A DNA stretch of 24,000 bases, taken from assembly GCF_036384415.1 (NCBI RefSeq), contig NZ_DASVMJ010000191.1; one strand, given 5' to 3'. Both the position numbers and the translations under genes were made by a program. This DNA comes from Bordetella sp. (GTDB lineage Bacteria; Pseudomonadota; Gammaproteobacteria; Burkholderiales; Burkholderiaceae_B). The notes below the pieces were generated by a model, which saw only the letters and a list, made by a program, of their open reading frames with translations, did no database searches and was not told the origin of the DNA. Of this stretch, positions 10,149 to 17,120 are shown in pieces; positions within the stretch are counted from its first letter, which is position 1, and the number at the start of each line of letters is the position of its first letter.

Positions 10149-10733
10149 CTACCGCGTTGCGGGCTTTCTTTTGATTGCCTCGTTGAGGTGTCTGACCTGC
10201 TCCGCACGCTCGGGCAGCGGCAGGATGCGAGGAATCAGGTTCTCGGACTTGAATACCCAGTGGGCCAAGGCCCCCAGCACATGCAGGCCGACCAATAGGG
10301 CGAGGGTGTAGGCCGTCAGCGCATGCAGCTGTCCCAGCCAGTAGGAGAACTCGTGGCTCCTGGGCATCAGCATGGGCAGCGAGAAAAGGCCGAAGACGTC
10401 GACCGGCCGACCGGCGGCATTGGTCTTTAGCCATCCAAGCAGCGGAATGGCGAGCATCAGCGCATAGAGCAAAAAGTGCGTGGCTTTTTCGACCTTGTAC
10501 GCCGGCGTGCCTGCGGCGTTGACCGAGGCGGGCAACCGGCGATTCAGGCGAATCCTGTTGAGCAGACGGATCGCCGCCAACCCAAGAACAAGAACGCCGA
10601 GCGATCTGTGCAGGGCCAGCAGTTCCTCCTGGTCTTCGAGCACCCAGCCGATGGCGAAATTGGCGATCAGCGCGATGGCCAGCAGCCAATGCAGCAGGCT
10701 GACCGAAAGGGGATAGCGAGAAAAGGTTTTCAT
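10149..10733 (-). CDS. cybB: Cytochrome b561 family membrane protein (CybB-like, dihaem)
   Basis: 194 aa. Aligns along its length with my recollection of E. coli CybB, with four TM helices and the conserved His residues (LLHWLL, LHRSLG, THFLLY, GLHVLGALAHW). GGAG lies upstream of the ATG at 10733. Confidence 0.85.
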   Translation of the reverse strand: MKTFSRYPLSVSLLHWLLAIALIANFAIGWVLEDQEELLALHRSLGVLVLGLAAIRLLNRIRLNRRLPASVNAAGTPAYKVEKATHFLLYALMLAIPLLGWLKTNAAGRPVDVFGLFSLPMLMPRSHEFSYWLGQLHALTAYTLALLVGLHVLGALAHWVFKSENLIPRILPLPERAEQVRHLNEAIKRKPATR

Positions 10734-10770
10734 AAAACGGAGCTCCAGTTTGAACGCCTGTCCTGGCCGA

Positions 10771-11145
10771 TCAGCTCAGGAGATGGTGATAGTGGTTTCG
10801 CGTTCTGATGACCTGCTGCAATTCGTGCTTGGCGGCCGCCATGTCGCCGGCCTTGATCGCCTGGTCGACTTTGCTCAAATCCTGTCGCAGCGTCTTCATG
10901 CCCTGGTTGTATGTGCCCTGGTCGTAGCTATAGGGCTGCTGGCTCGCTTGCATGGCGTCGCTCTCGAGCCTGCTTACGTAGCTGCTCAGCTGCGGCATCG
11001 TGGTGCTCGCCATCGCGCCTTTCATGGCTTGGTTCATGTCGCGCATCAAGGTCTTGATTCCCGCTGCGTGGGCCAGCGGTGCGGCGGCGAGCAGGCAGAT
11101 GCATGCGATCGCGCGGAAATGGGATCGGAGTGAAAAATTGGCCAT
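10771..11145 (-). CDS. cybC: Periplasmic soluble cytochrome b562 family protein (signal peptide plus four-helix-bundle haem protein)
   Basis: 124 aa. The signal peptide ends in AHA|AG. The mature N-terminus AGIKTLMRDMNQAMKG aligns with E. coli b562 ADLEDNMETLNDNLKV, placing Met7 (a haem ligand) at the same position. The C-terminus AAKHELQQVIRTRNHYHH aligns with AAAEQLKTTRNAYHQKY, so the His ligand is conserved. The gene lies 37 nt upstream of cybB on the same strand. Confidence 0.72.
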   Translation of the reverse strand: MANFSLRSHFRAIACICLLAAAPLAHAAGIKTLMRDMNQAMKGAMASTTMPQLSSYVSRLESDAMQASQQPYSYDQGTYNQGMKTLRQDLSKVDQAIKAGDMAAAKHELQQVIRTRNHYHHLLS

Positions 11146-11194
11146 TCGAAGGTTCCGATAGAGTTACTCGACGCCGCCAGTTTAGGGGCCGCAC

Positions 11195-11211
11195 ATTAAC
11201 GAAATCTTAAG
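11195..11211 (-). promoter_or_regulatory. Candidate QseB/PmrA-type response-regulator box (site A) facing cybC
   Basis: The minus strand reads CTTAAG-ATTTC-GTTAAT. TAAACT follows 10 nt downstream (11184-11179), about 33 nt before the cybC ATG. This is one of three such boxes in the window. Confidence 0.4.
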
Positions 11212-11298
11212 AGCGGACAATATTCCGGATGCCCTTGATATGCGTCGGAACGAGCGGTTATCGTTGCTTGGACAATGCATTTTTTTGGAACCGAAGCG

Positions 11299-11964
11299 AT
11301 GCGCGTATTACTCGTCGAGGACGACAGGCTGATCGGCAGCGGTGTCGAGGATGGGCTGGCCGAGGCGGGCATGGCGGTCGACTGGGCCCATGACGGCAAG
11401 CAGGCGCAACTGGCGATGACGACCGCGCCGTACGACCTGGTCGTACTCGATCTGGGTTTGCCGCATGTATCCGGCACCGAGCTGCTCGACTGGATACGCA
11501 AGCGCAACGACCATACGCCGGTGCTCGTCATGACTGCGCGCGACGCCGTTGCCGATAGGGTGAGCGGCTTGAGCGCCGGCGCGGACGATTATGTCGGCAA
11601 GCCGTTCGACCTGACCGAGCTGATCGCGCGCTGCCGCGCGCTTGTGCGGCGCTCGCAAGGCCGCGGCACCGATACGATCGAATACGACGGCCTGATTGTC
11701 GACCCCGATCGTCTTACGGTCATGCGCGCAGGCGAGCACATCGCGCTTACCTCGCGTGAGTGTGCGCTGCTGGTCGAGCTCCTGGCGAACCAGGGCCGTC
11801 CTCTTTCCCGCGCTCGTCTGCAAGACAGCCTCTATGGCTGGAACGAAGAGATCGAAAGCAATGCGATCGAAGTCCACGTCTCGAATTTGCGCAAGAAACT
11901 GGGCTCCAGATTGATCCGCACCATCCGCGGCATCGGTTACGTGATCGAAGCGCCGGTGCGATGA
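11299..11964 (+). CDS. OmpR-family response regulator, QseB/PmrA (BasR) subfamily
   Basis: MRVLLVEDDRLIGSGVEDGLAEAGMAVDWAHDGKQA...APYDLVVLDLGLP...TARDAVADRVSGLSAGADDYVGKPF...NAIEVHVSNLRKKLG...IRTIRGIGYV aligns end to end with my recollection of E. coli QseB. The start could also be the upstream ATG at 11275. The stop overlaps the kinase start (ATGA at 11961-11964). Confidence 0.9.
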   Translation: MRVLLVEDDRLIGSGVEDGLAEAGMAVDWAHDGKQAQLAMTTAPYDLVVLDLGLPHVSGTELLDWIRKRNDHTPVLVMTARDAVADRVSGLSAGADDYVGKPFDLTELIARCRALVRRSQGRGTDTIEYDGLIVDPDRLTVMRAGEHIALTSRECALLVELLANQGRPLSRARLQDSLYGWNEEIESNAIEVHVSNLRKKLGSRLIRTIRGIGYVIEAPVR

Positions 11965-13313
11965 GATCGATCCGGCAACGGTTGACGCTGATTGTGCTGT
12001 CCGGCGTCGTGGCGATCTGGCTGTACTCGCTGCATTCGAGCTATCACCAGGCCCTTCACGAGGCCCAGGAGTGGGACAACGCGCGCGTCGAGCAGGTCGC
12101 CCGCGCGCTGCTCGTGCTGGACCTCGACGATTTGCCGGTCTTTGCAAAAGCGAGCCTTCCGCCGAGAGACGACGATGAAGACGAAGACCAGCCGATGCCG
12201 CTGCTGTACCAGGTGATGTCCATCGATGGCCGCGTGCTGGCCGCCAGCCCCGGCCTTCCGGCATTTGCGCTGTCCGGTGCGCCAGCCGCCGGCGACGGAT
12301 CGCAAGAGCGCGCGCGGTGGTACATCTATACCACCCGGGATGCCGCGCGCGGACGCATCGTGCGCATCTTCGAACAGCGCTCGCATCGCTCCGCCCTGTC
12401 CGCGGTGAGCGCGCAGCGGGTTGCCCGACCGCTTTTTCTCGCGCTACCCGTGCTCGCCATATTGATCTGGATCGCCATCGGAAGAAACCTGGCGCCCCTG
12501 CGCACATTGTCCGAGGCCATCGGGGCACGCTCGTCCGACAGCCTCGAAACCATCGAGATCAAGAAGATCCCCGATGAGATCGTGCCGCTGGTTGCCGCGC
12601 TCAATATGCTGCTGCAGCGTCTGCGCCAGTCGCTCGACCGCGAGCGCGCTTTTACGGGCGACGCGGCGCACGAGCTCAAGACCCCGCTTTCCGCAATCAA
12701 GGTCCAGGCGCAGGTCGCACTCACCGCGCGCGACCCTGAGCGCCAGCGCCGGGCGATGCAGCGCGTGGTGGATGCCGTCGACCGCAGCACCCATCTGGCC
12801 GATCAGCTGCTGGCGCTGGCCCGGCTTGAAGAAAGCACGCCGCTGCCCAGTTCATGGGTCGATCTCGCGCAGACGGCCAAGGCGTGCTTTGCAGACCACC
12901 ATGCCAATGCGAATCGCAAGCAGATGTCCCTGGCGCTGCGGCGAGACGAGCAGGTCATGGTGCATGCACCGCCCGCGCTGGTGCGCATACTGTTCGACAA
13001 TCTTGTCGACAATGCAATCAAGTATGGCCGCGCCGGGGGCCGCGTGGAAGTTGCCGCATGGAGCGACGCCGGAACCGTCAATCTGGAAGTAAACGACGAC
13101 GGCCCAGGTGTCGCCCAGGAAGATCTGGCGCGCTTGAACGATCGTTTCTTTCGCGGCGCCGACCACACCGAAAAAGGAAGCGGCCTGGGCTTGTCGATCG
13201 TTGCGCGCATTGTGGCCCAGCTGGGCGGAAAGCTGGAATACACGAGCGGCATGCAAGGAAGGGGGCTCGGCGTGCGCGTCAGACTGCCGGCGTCGATCCA
13301 GGGGCCGCAATAA
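11961..13313 (+). CDS. Sensor histidine kinase, QseC/PmrB type (two TM segments, ~150-aa periplasmic domain, HAMP, HisKA, HATPase)
   Basis: The ATG at 11961 is translationally coupled to the regulator. TM1 is LTLIVLSGVVAIWLYSL and TM2 is LFLALPVLAILIWIAIG. H-box AAHELKTPLS, N-box DNLVDNAIKY, G1 DDGPGV, G2 GSGLGLSIV. The ORF-track start at 11760 lies inside the regulator gene. Confidence 0.9.
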   Translation: MRSIRQRLTLIVLSGVVAIWLYSLHSSYHQALHEAQEWDNARVEQVARALLVLDLDDLPVFAKASLPPRDDDEDEDQPMPLLYQVMSIDGRVLAASPGLPAFALSGAPAAGDGSQERARWYIYTTRDAARGRIVRIFEQRSHRSALSAVSAQRVARPLFLALPVLAILIWIAIGRNLAPLRTLSEAIGARSSDSLETIEIKKIPDEIVPLVAALNMLLQRLRQSLDRERAFTGDAAHELKTPLSAIKVQAQVALTARDPERQRRAMQRVVDAVDRSTHLADQLLALARLEESTPLPSSWVDLAQTAKACFADHHANANRKQMSLALRRDEQVMVHAPPALVRILFDNLVDNAIKYGRAGGRVEVAAWSDAGTVNLEVNDDGPGVAQEDLARLNDRFFRGADHTEKGSGLGLSIVARIVAQLGGKLEYTSGMQGRGLGVRVRLPASIQGPQ

Positions 13314-13340
13314 AACCGGCTTTCGACGACCTGAGTGTCC

Positions 13341-14066
13341 TCAGCGGATATCGCGGTATTGGCGGGTAAAGGGGCGCTTCAGGAGCACTTCCGACCCGAA
13401 GTTCAACGCGTAGCGCACTGCGGTCGTGGCGAACCCTTCGTCCTGCAGCCGCCGCGCCGACGTCTTCATCACAAGTCGCAAATCGAAAACGACCTTGCCT
13501 TCCTGTGCCAGCCGTCGGGCGATGTTCGTGTCCTCGCCATAAAACGAGATTGTCGTATCGAACCCGCCGATGCGCAGGAGCGCGGCCTTGCTTGCGGCGA
13601 AATTTCCGCCGACCGCCATGTAGTGCGTGAAACGGTACATGGGCATGGCCAGCAGCCGCCAGTAAAGCTGTACGAAAGTTCGCTTGACGCGCGACAACTC
13701 GTCGTAGACATACGGGCCGCTCACGCAGACAACGCTTGAGTCGCGTTCGTAAGCGTCGAGCACCCTCCCGATCCAGCCCGGCGGCATGCGCGTATCGGCA
13801 TCGACATAGGCCAGAATTTCTCCGCGAGCCGCCTCCAGGCCGCATTGGCGGGCATGCGTCAACCCCTTGCGCGGTTCGGCGACCACGCGCACCAGCGGAA
13901 AGAGCGAAGCGACCTGCGCCGTGCCGTCAGTGCTCGCATTGTCGATGACGACAATCTCGAACGCGCCGCGGGCCGCGTTCGCCTGCAGTTCGGCCGAGAC
14001 CGATTCGAGACAGGCGTGCAGATAGGCCTCTTCGTTGTAGGCGGGAATGACGACGCTCAATTTCAT
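13341..14066 (-). CDS. Family 2 glycosyltransferase (short, apparently soluble GT-A)
   Basis: The ATG at 14066 overlaps the GT4 stop (ATGA). MKLSVVIPAYNEEAYL...VVIDNASTDGT...AYVDADT (DxD)...GGNFAASKAALLRIGGFD...GEDTNIARRL is typical GT2. I see no C-terminal TM helices of the ArnC/GtrB kind. The 380-aa ORF-track version is an out-of-context extension into the GT4 gene. Confidence 0.85.
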   Translation of the reverse strand: MKLSVVIPAYNEEAYLHACLESVSAELQANAARGAFEIVVIDNASTDGTAQVASLFPLVRVVAEPRKGLTHARQCGLEAARGEILAYVDADTRMPPGWIGRVLDAYERDSSVVCVSGPYVYDELSRVKRTFVQLYWRLLAMPMYRFTHYMAVGGNFAASKAALLRIGGFDTTISFYGEDTNIARRLAQEGKVVFDLRLVMKTSARRLQDEGFATTAVRYALNFGSEVLLKRPFTRQYRDIR

Positions 14067-15283
14067 CCAAACGCTCCTTGCTCGTTGTGTTGTTCGATTG
14101 CGCGCGCGGCATGCACCGCCGCGTAGATCCGTTCCCAGGCATCGACCGTCTCGGTGAGCCCGAAGCGGCGGGCTCTGGCCGCCGCGCGTTCGCCCATGCG
14201 AGCGCGCATCGACGGCTCGCGCAGGAGCGAGAGCAGATGCGCGGCGAACTGGCCCGCATCGCCAGGCTCGGCCAGCAGCCCGGCGTCGTCGGCAATGTAT
14301 TCGGGCAGGGCGCGCCAGCGCGCGCCGACAGCGGGCAGTCCCGAACTCATCGCCTGCAGCAGCACCATGCTCTGTGTCTCGGAAGTGCTCGCGATCGCGA
14401 AAACGTCCGCGGCGCGATAGGCCCGGGCCAGCGCCGGCTTGTCCAGGGTGCCCAGAAACTTTAGCCGATGGCCGACGCCGCACTCGGCCGCAAGGCGCTC
14501 CAGCCGCGGACGGGCGGTGCCGTGACCGGCCAGGGCGAGCATCGCGTCGGGCAGCTCCCGGACTACGGTCGCAAGCGCCCGGACGAGCACGTCGATGTTC
14601 TTCTCGACCGCAAGCCTGCCCGCATAAAGAATGGTCGAATCGGAAAATCCGAGGTGGCGCTTGAGCGCCTGCCGCTCATCGGGTTCGCCGGGCCGAAACA
14701 GCTCGGTGTCGATCGGGTTGGATACCACGTGTGCGGGCCTGCCCAGCCCGGATGCAAGCATTTCGTCGACCACCGAGCGCGACGGTCCCGTGACGAGCGT
14801 GCAGCGGTTGTAGTACCCCGTCGCGGCCTTGACGCTGTATCGCGCGAACTGCCGGGCAGCGAACGGGGCATACATGCTGAACTCGCCGATCGCCCAATGG
14901 TTGGTGCCCACGAGCGGTACCCTCAGGTGCCGGGCGGCGGTAAGCGCTTCCCAGCCCGCGCCGAGGAAAGTATGGGTGTGCAGCACGTCGGGCTCCCAGC
15001 TTGCGAGCCCGCGCCAGCGCCGGCCGGTAGGCAGAAGCAGCCGCGACTGGCCGGTCGAGCTCGGCACCGGCACGGAGAAAAGCCGCCGTACCTGTACCCG
15101 TTCGCCCAGATCGACTTCTTTGACGGGCAGGCCGGCGAGGCGAAAGTCACGCGGCGAGGCGCTCGGCGCATAGAGCACGACGGTATGGCCTCGCTCGCCG
15201 AGCGCGCGCGCTGTCAGCAGGATGGAGTCCTGGATGCCGCCGAGTTCCGGATAAAAACTGTCGGTGAAGAAGGCGATACGCAT
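14063..15283 (-). CDS. Family 4 glycosyltransferase (GT-B), lipid glycosyltransferase-like (Agt/SqdX/MGlcDAG-synthase type N-terminus)
   Basis: ATG at 15283. MRIAFFTDSFYPELGGIQDS is the typical N-terminus of GT4 lipid glycosyltransferases. The C-terminal Glycos_transf_1 region contains ILYAGRLAVEKN. The EX7E region reads ETQSMVLLQAMSSGLP, so the second Glu is Gln. Confidence 0.85.
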   Translation of the reverse strand: MRIAFFTDSFYPELGGIQDSILLTARALGERGHTVVLYAPSASPRDFRLAGLPVKEVDLGERVQVRRLFSVPVPSSTGQSRLLLPTGRRWRGLASWEPDVLHTHTFLGAGWEALTAARHLRVPLVGTNHWAIGEFSMYAPFAARQFARYSVKAATGYYNRCTLVTGPSRSVVDEMLASGLGRPAHVVSNPIDTELFRPGEPDERQALKRHLGFSDSTILYAGRLAVEKNIDVLVRALATVVRELPDAMLALAGHGTARPRLERLAAECGVGHRLKFLGTLDKPALARAYRAADVFAIASTSETQSMVLLQAMSSGLPAVGARWRALPEYIADDAGLLAEPGDAGQFAAHLLSLLREPSMRARMGERAAARARRFGLTETVDAWERIYAAVHAARAIEQHNEQGAFG

Positions 15284-15287
15284 CGGA

Positions 15288-15872
15288 TCAGGTCTCCGAC
15301 ATGTCGAGCGTGAAGCGGCGGCGCAGCAGGACGCCGGCGCCAAGACCGGCAATCGCGATCACCGTGCAGGATGCTATCCACAGATAAGTGTCGATGCGGT
15401 GGTAGGCCGCGCCGGCAAAGTATCCGAGCAAAACGAAGATGGCCGACTTGAGCAGCGTCCCCAGCAAGTTGTAGCCGAGAAAGCGGGGCAGCGGGACGCG
15501 CGCCGCGCCGGCCGCGAGCAGCACCAGGAAGCCGGCCGCGTGCGTGAGCTTGCCGATTAGTAGCGTTTTGCCCGCATGCTGGTGCAGATATCCCCGCAAT
15601 GTCGCCAGATGCCGTTGGCGGCGAAGGTTGGGCGCGCGGCGCCAGCGCCGCCCAGGCATGCTGCCAAGCCGGCCGACGCAGTAATAGAGCAGGTCGCCGG
15701 CCAGATCGCCGAGTACGACGGTCGCGTAGACGCCGCTCAATTCGAGCAGGCCTTGCGAGGCGAGAAAGGCGCCTATCACCGTCGCGATCGGCCCTTCGAG
15801 CACCGCGGCGACAAACAGCGCCGCATAGCCATAGCCCGCAATGTTTGACGAAACCCAGTCGAGCGATGCCAT
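15288..15872 (-). CDS. DedA family (SNARE-associated / VTT domain) inner-membrane protein
   Basis: 194 aa. GYGYAALFVAAVLEGPIATVIGAFLASQG...GDLAGDLLYYCVGRLG is the DedA signature region, and the protein has multiple TM segments. GGAGG lies 9 nt before the ATG at 15872. The start is 3 nt after the upstream stop, and the stop is 4 nt before the GT4 start. Confidence 0.85.
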   Translation of the reverse strand: MASLDWVSSNIAGYGYAALFVAAVLEGPIATVIGAFLASQGLLELSGVYATVVLGDLAGDLLYYCVGRLGSMPGRRWRRAPNLRRQRHLATLRGYLHQHAGKTLLIGKLTHAAGFLVLLAAGAARVPLPRFLGYNLLGTLLKSAIFVLLGYFAGAAYHRIDTYLWIASCTVIAIAGLGAGVLLRRRFTLDMSET

Positions 15873-15875
15873 CGT

Positions 15876-16727
15876 TCATACCTCCGTCGGCCAGTCCTGC
15901 GCTTTGGCCGCGGCGCGGCCGAAGCGGCGCCAGCCCCAGCGGCTCCGGCGCGTGCCGGTCTGATCGTGCCAGCACAGGAGCTCGAGGCGACCATCCTCGT
16001 GCTCGACGATGCCCGAGCAGGATTCTACCCAATCGCCGGTGTTCAGATAGCGGATTTCTCCGAGAAGATGGTCCGACGGATGGTGGATATGTCCGCATAC
16101 GATGCCATGCGCGCCAGATTGCTGCGCTTGGGCGACCAGACTGTCTTCGAAATGACCGATGTAATTGACGACGCGCTTGACCCTGTATTTGGCCCAGGCC
16201 GAAAGCGACCAATGCCCCAGTCCGATCCGGCGCCGGACCATATTGAGACCGGCATTGAGCGCGAGCAGTCCATGGTAGGCGGCGTGGCCGGCGCAGGCCA
16301 GCCAAGGCATATGGCGCAGCACCACGTCGAACTGATCTCCATGCGTGACGAGAAAGCGCTGCCCGTCGCGCGTTTCGTGGATCGCGTTCAAGGCGATCTC
16401 GATACCGCCCAGATACTGGCCGGCATACCGGCGCAACAGTTGGTCGTGATTGCCGGGTACATAGACGATGCGGGCGCCGCCATGCGCTTTTGCGAACAGT
16501 TCGGCCATGACCGCGCGATGTCTCTCGGCCCACCGGCGGCGCGACTTCAAGCGTCGCCCTTCGACGATGTCACCAATCAGAAATATTGTGTCCGCATCGT
16601 GTTGCCGCAGAAATTCCAGAAGCAGCTCGGCTTGGCAGCCTCGCGTGCCCAGATGCAGGTCCGACAGAAACATGGTGCGGATGCGCGTCGGCCGGCTTGC
16701 CCGGGCGGCGGCTTGCGCATCGGCCAC
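15876..16727 (-). CDS. LpxH-like calcineurin-type metallophosphoesterase (PlcP-type phospholipase C candidate, not bona fide LpxH)
   Basis: Motifs present: FLSDLHLGTRGCQAELLLEFL, LIGDIVEG, VPGNHD, THGDQFD, GHIHHP. The start is ambiguous. GTG at 16727 has GAGGG 6 nt upstream and gives 283 aa. ATG at 16850 and TTG at 16889 (the ORF-track start, 337 aa) are also in frame, and the extra N-terminal segment has no recognisable homology. Confidence 0.8.
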   Translation of the reverse strand: MADAQAAARASRPTRIRTMFLSDLHLGTRGCQAELLLEFLRQHDADTIFLIGDIVEGRRLKSRRRWAERHRAVMAELFAKAHGGARIVYVPGNHDQLLRRYAGQYLGGIEIALNAIHETRDGQRFLVTHGDQFDVVLRHMPWLACAGHAAYHGLLALNAGLNMVRRRIGLGHWSLSAWAKYRVKRVVNYIGHFEDSLVAQAQQSGAHGIVCGHIHHPSDHLLGEIRYLNTGDWVESCSGIVEHEDGRLELLCWHDQTGTRRSRWGWRRFGRAAAKAQDWPTEV

Positions 16728-16980
16728 AGGCCGCCCTCGGCGCGGATGCTCCGTCTGTGCGGGGGGCTGCGAGCGGGTCTGGGCGGCGAGGGAATCGAAA
16801 AGTACATCTATTCCGCCAAGTTCGCGCAGCGTGGCGCTGCATGCGTGCATCGTATCGCTCAATTTTTCTTTACCTGGCCGATCGCGCAAAGAGGGTGTCG
16901 CGGCCGAAGCTCCAGCATTCGAGGCGTGACGTTCTTCGAGCGGAATCCGTTGTTAGCCAGACAAGGATAGGCCGCCGAAA

Positions 16981-16997
16981 CTAAAGACAAAGTTAAG
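16981..16997 (-). promoter_or_regulatory. Candidate QseB/PmrA-type box (site B) facing the phosphoesterase-DedA-GT4-GT2 operon
   Basis: The minus strand reads CTTAAC-TTTGT-CTTTAG. TATCCT follows 11 nt downstream (16969-16964). The second hexamer is weaker than in sites A and C. Confidence 0.3.
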
Positions 16998-17120
16998 AAG
17001 CCGGCAAAGGCTGCGTCGTCGTCCGGGATTCCGGACTAAGGCCTCGCGCCGGTCGCGCGCGTCTGTCGGACCGGCGCATTCGGCGATAATCGACAGTCAT
17101 CGCCTATGCAGGAGCCCGCC

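Noticed and set aside
10152-10173. Hairpin CCGC-GTT-GCGG followed by a T-rich run, as an ntrC terminator embedded in the 3' end of cybB
   Set aside because: The stem is only 4 bp with a 3-nt loop, too weak to call. ntrC and cybB converge with an 8-nt gap and no convincing terminator.
14067-14483. 380-aa version of the GT2 ORF
   Set aside because: The extra 139 codons lie inside the GT4 coding region in another frame. The GT2 homology starts at MKLSVVIPAYNE, whose ATG forms an ATGA overlap with the GT4 stop.
15876-16727. Calling the phosphoesterase bona fide LpxH (UDP-2,3-diacylglucosamine hydrolase)
   Set aside because: The motif pattern is GNHD rather than the LpxH-type GNRD. The gene is not in a lipid A context and is fused into an operon with DedA, GT4 and GT2. 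I kept it as LpxH-like with a PlcP-type candidate function.
15214-16970. 439-aa minus-strand ORF (15214-16533) and 334-aa plus-strand ORF (15966-16970) over the DedA and phosphoesterase genes
   Set aside because: These are off-frame or antisense shadows of genes with clear family motifs. Their composition is that of GC-rich non-coding frames.
16890-17120. Search for a PhoB Pho box (CTGTCAT-N4-CTGTCAT type) upstream of the PlcP-like operon
   Set aside because: I found only a 6-bp inverted repeat, CTGTCG...CGACAG (17063-17068 / 17091-17096), with a 22-nt spacer and closer to the pirin start. It has neither the direct-repeat spacing nor the sequence of a Pho box, so I make no Pho-regulation claim.
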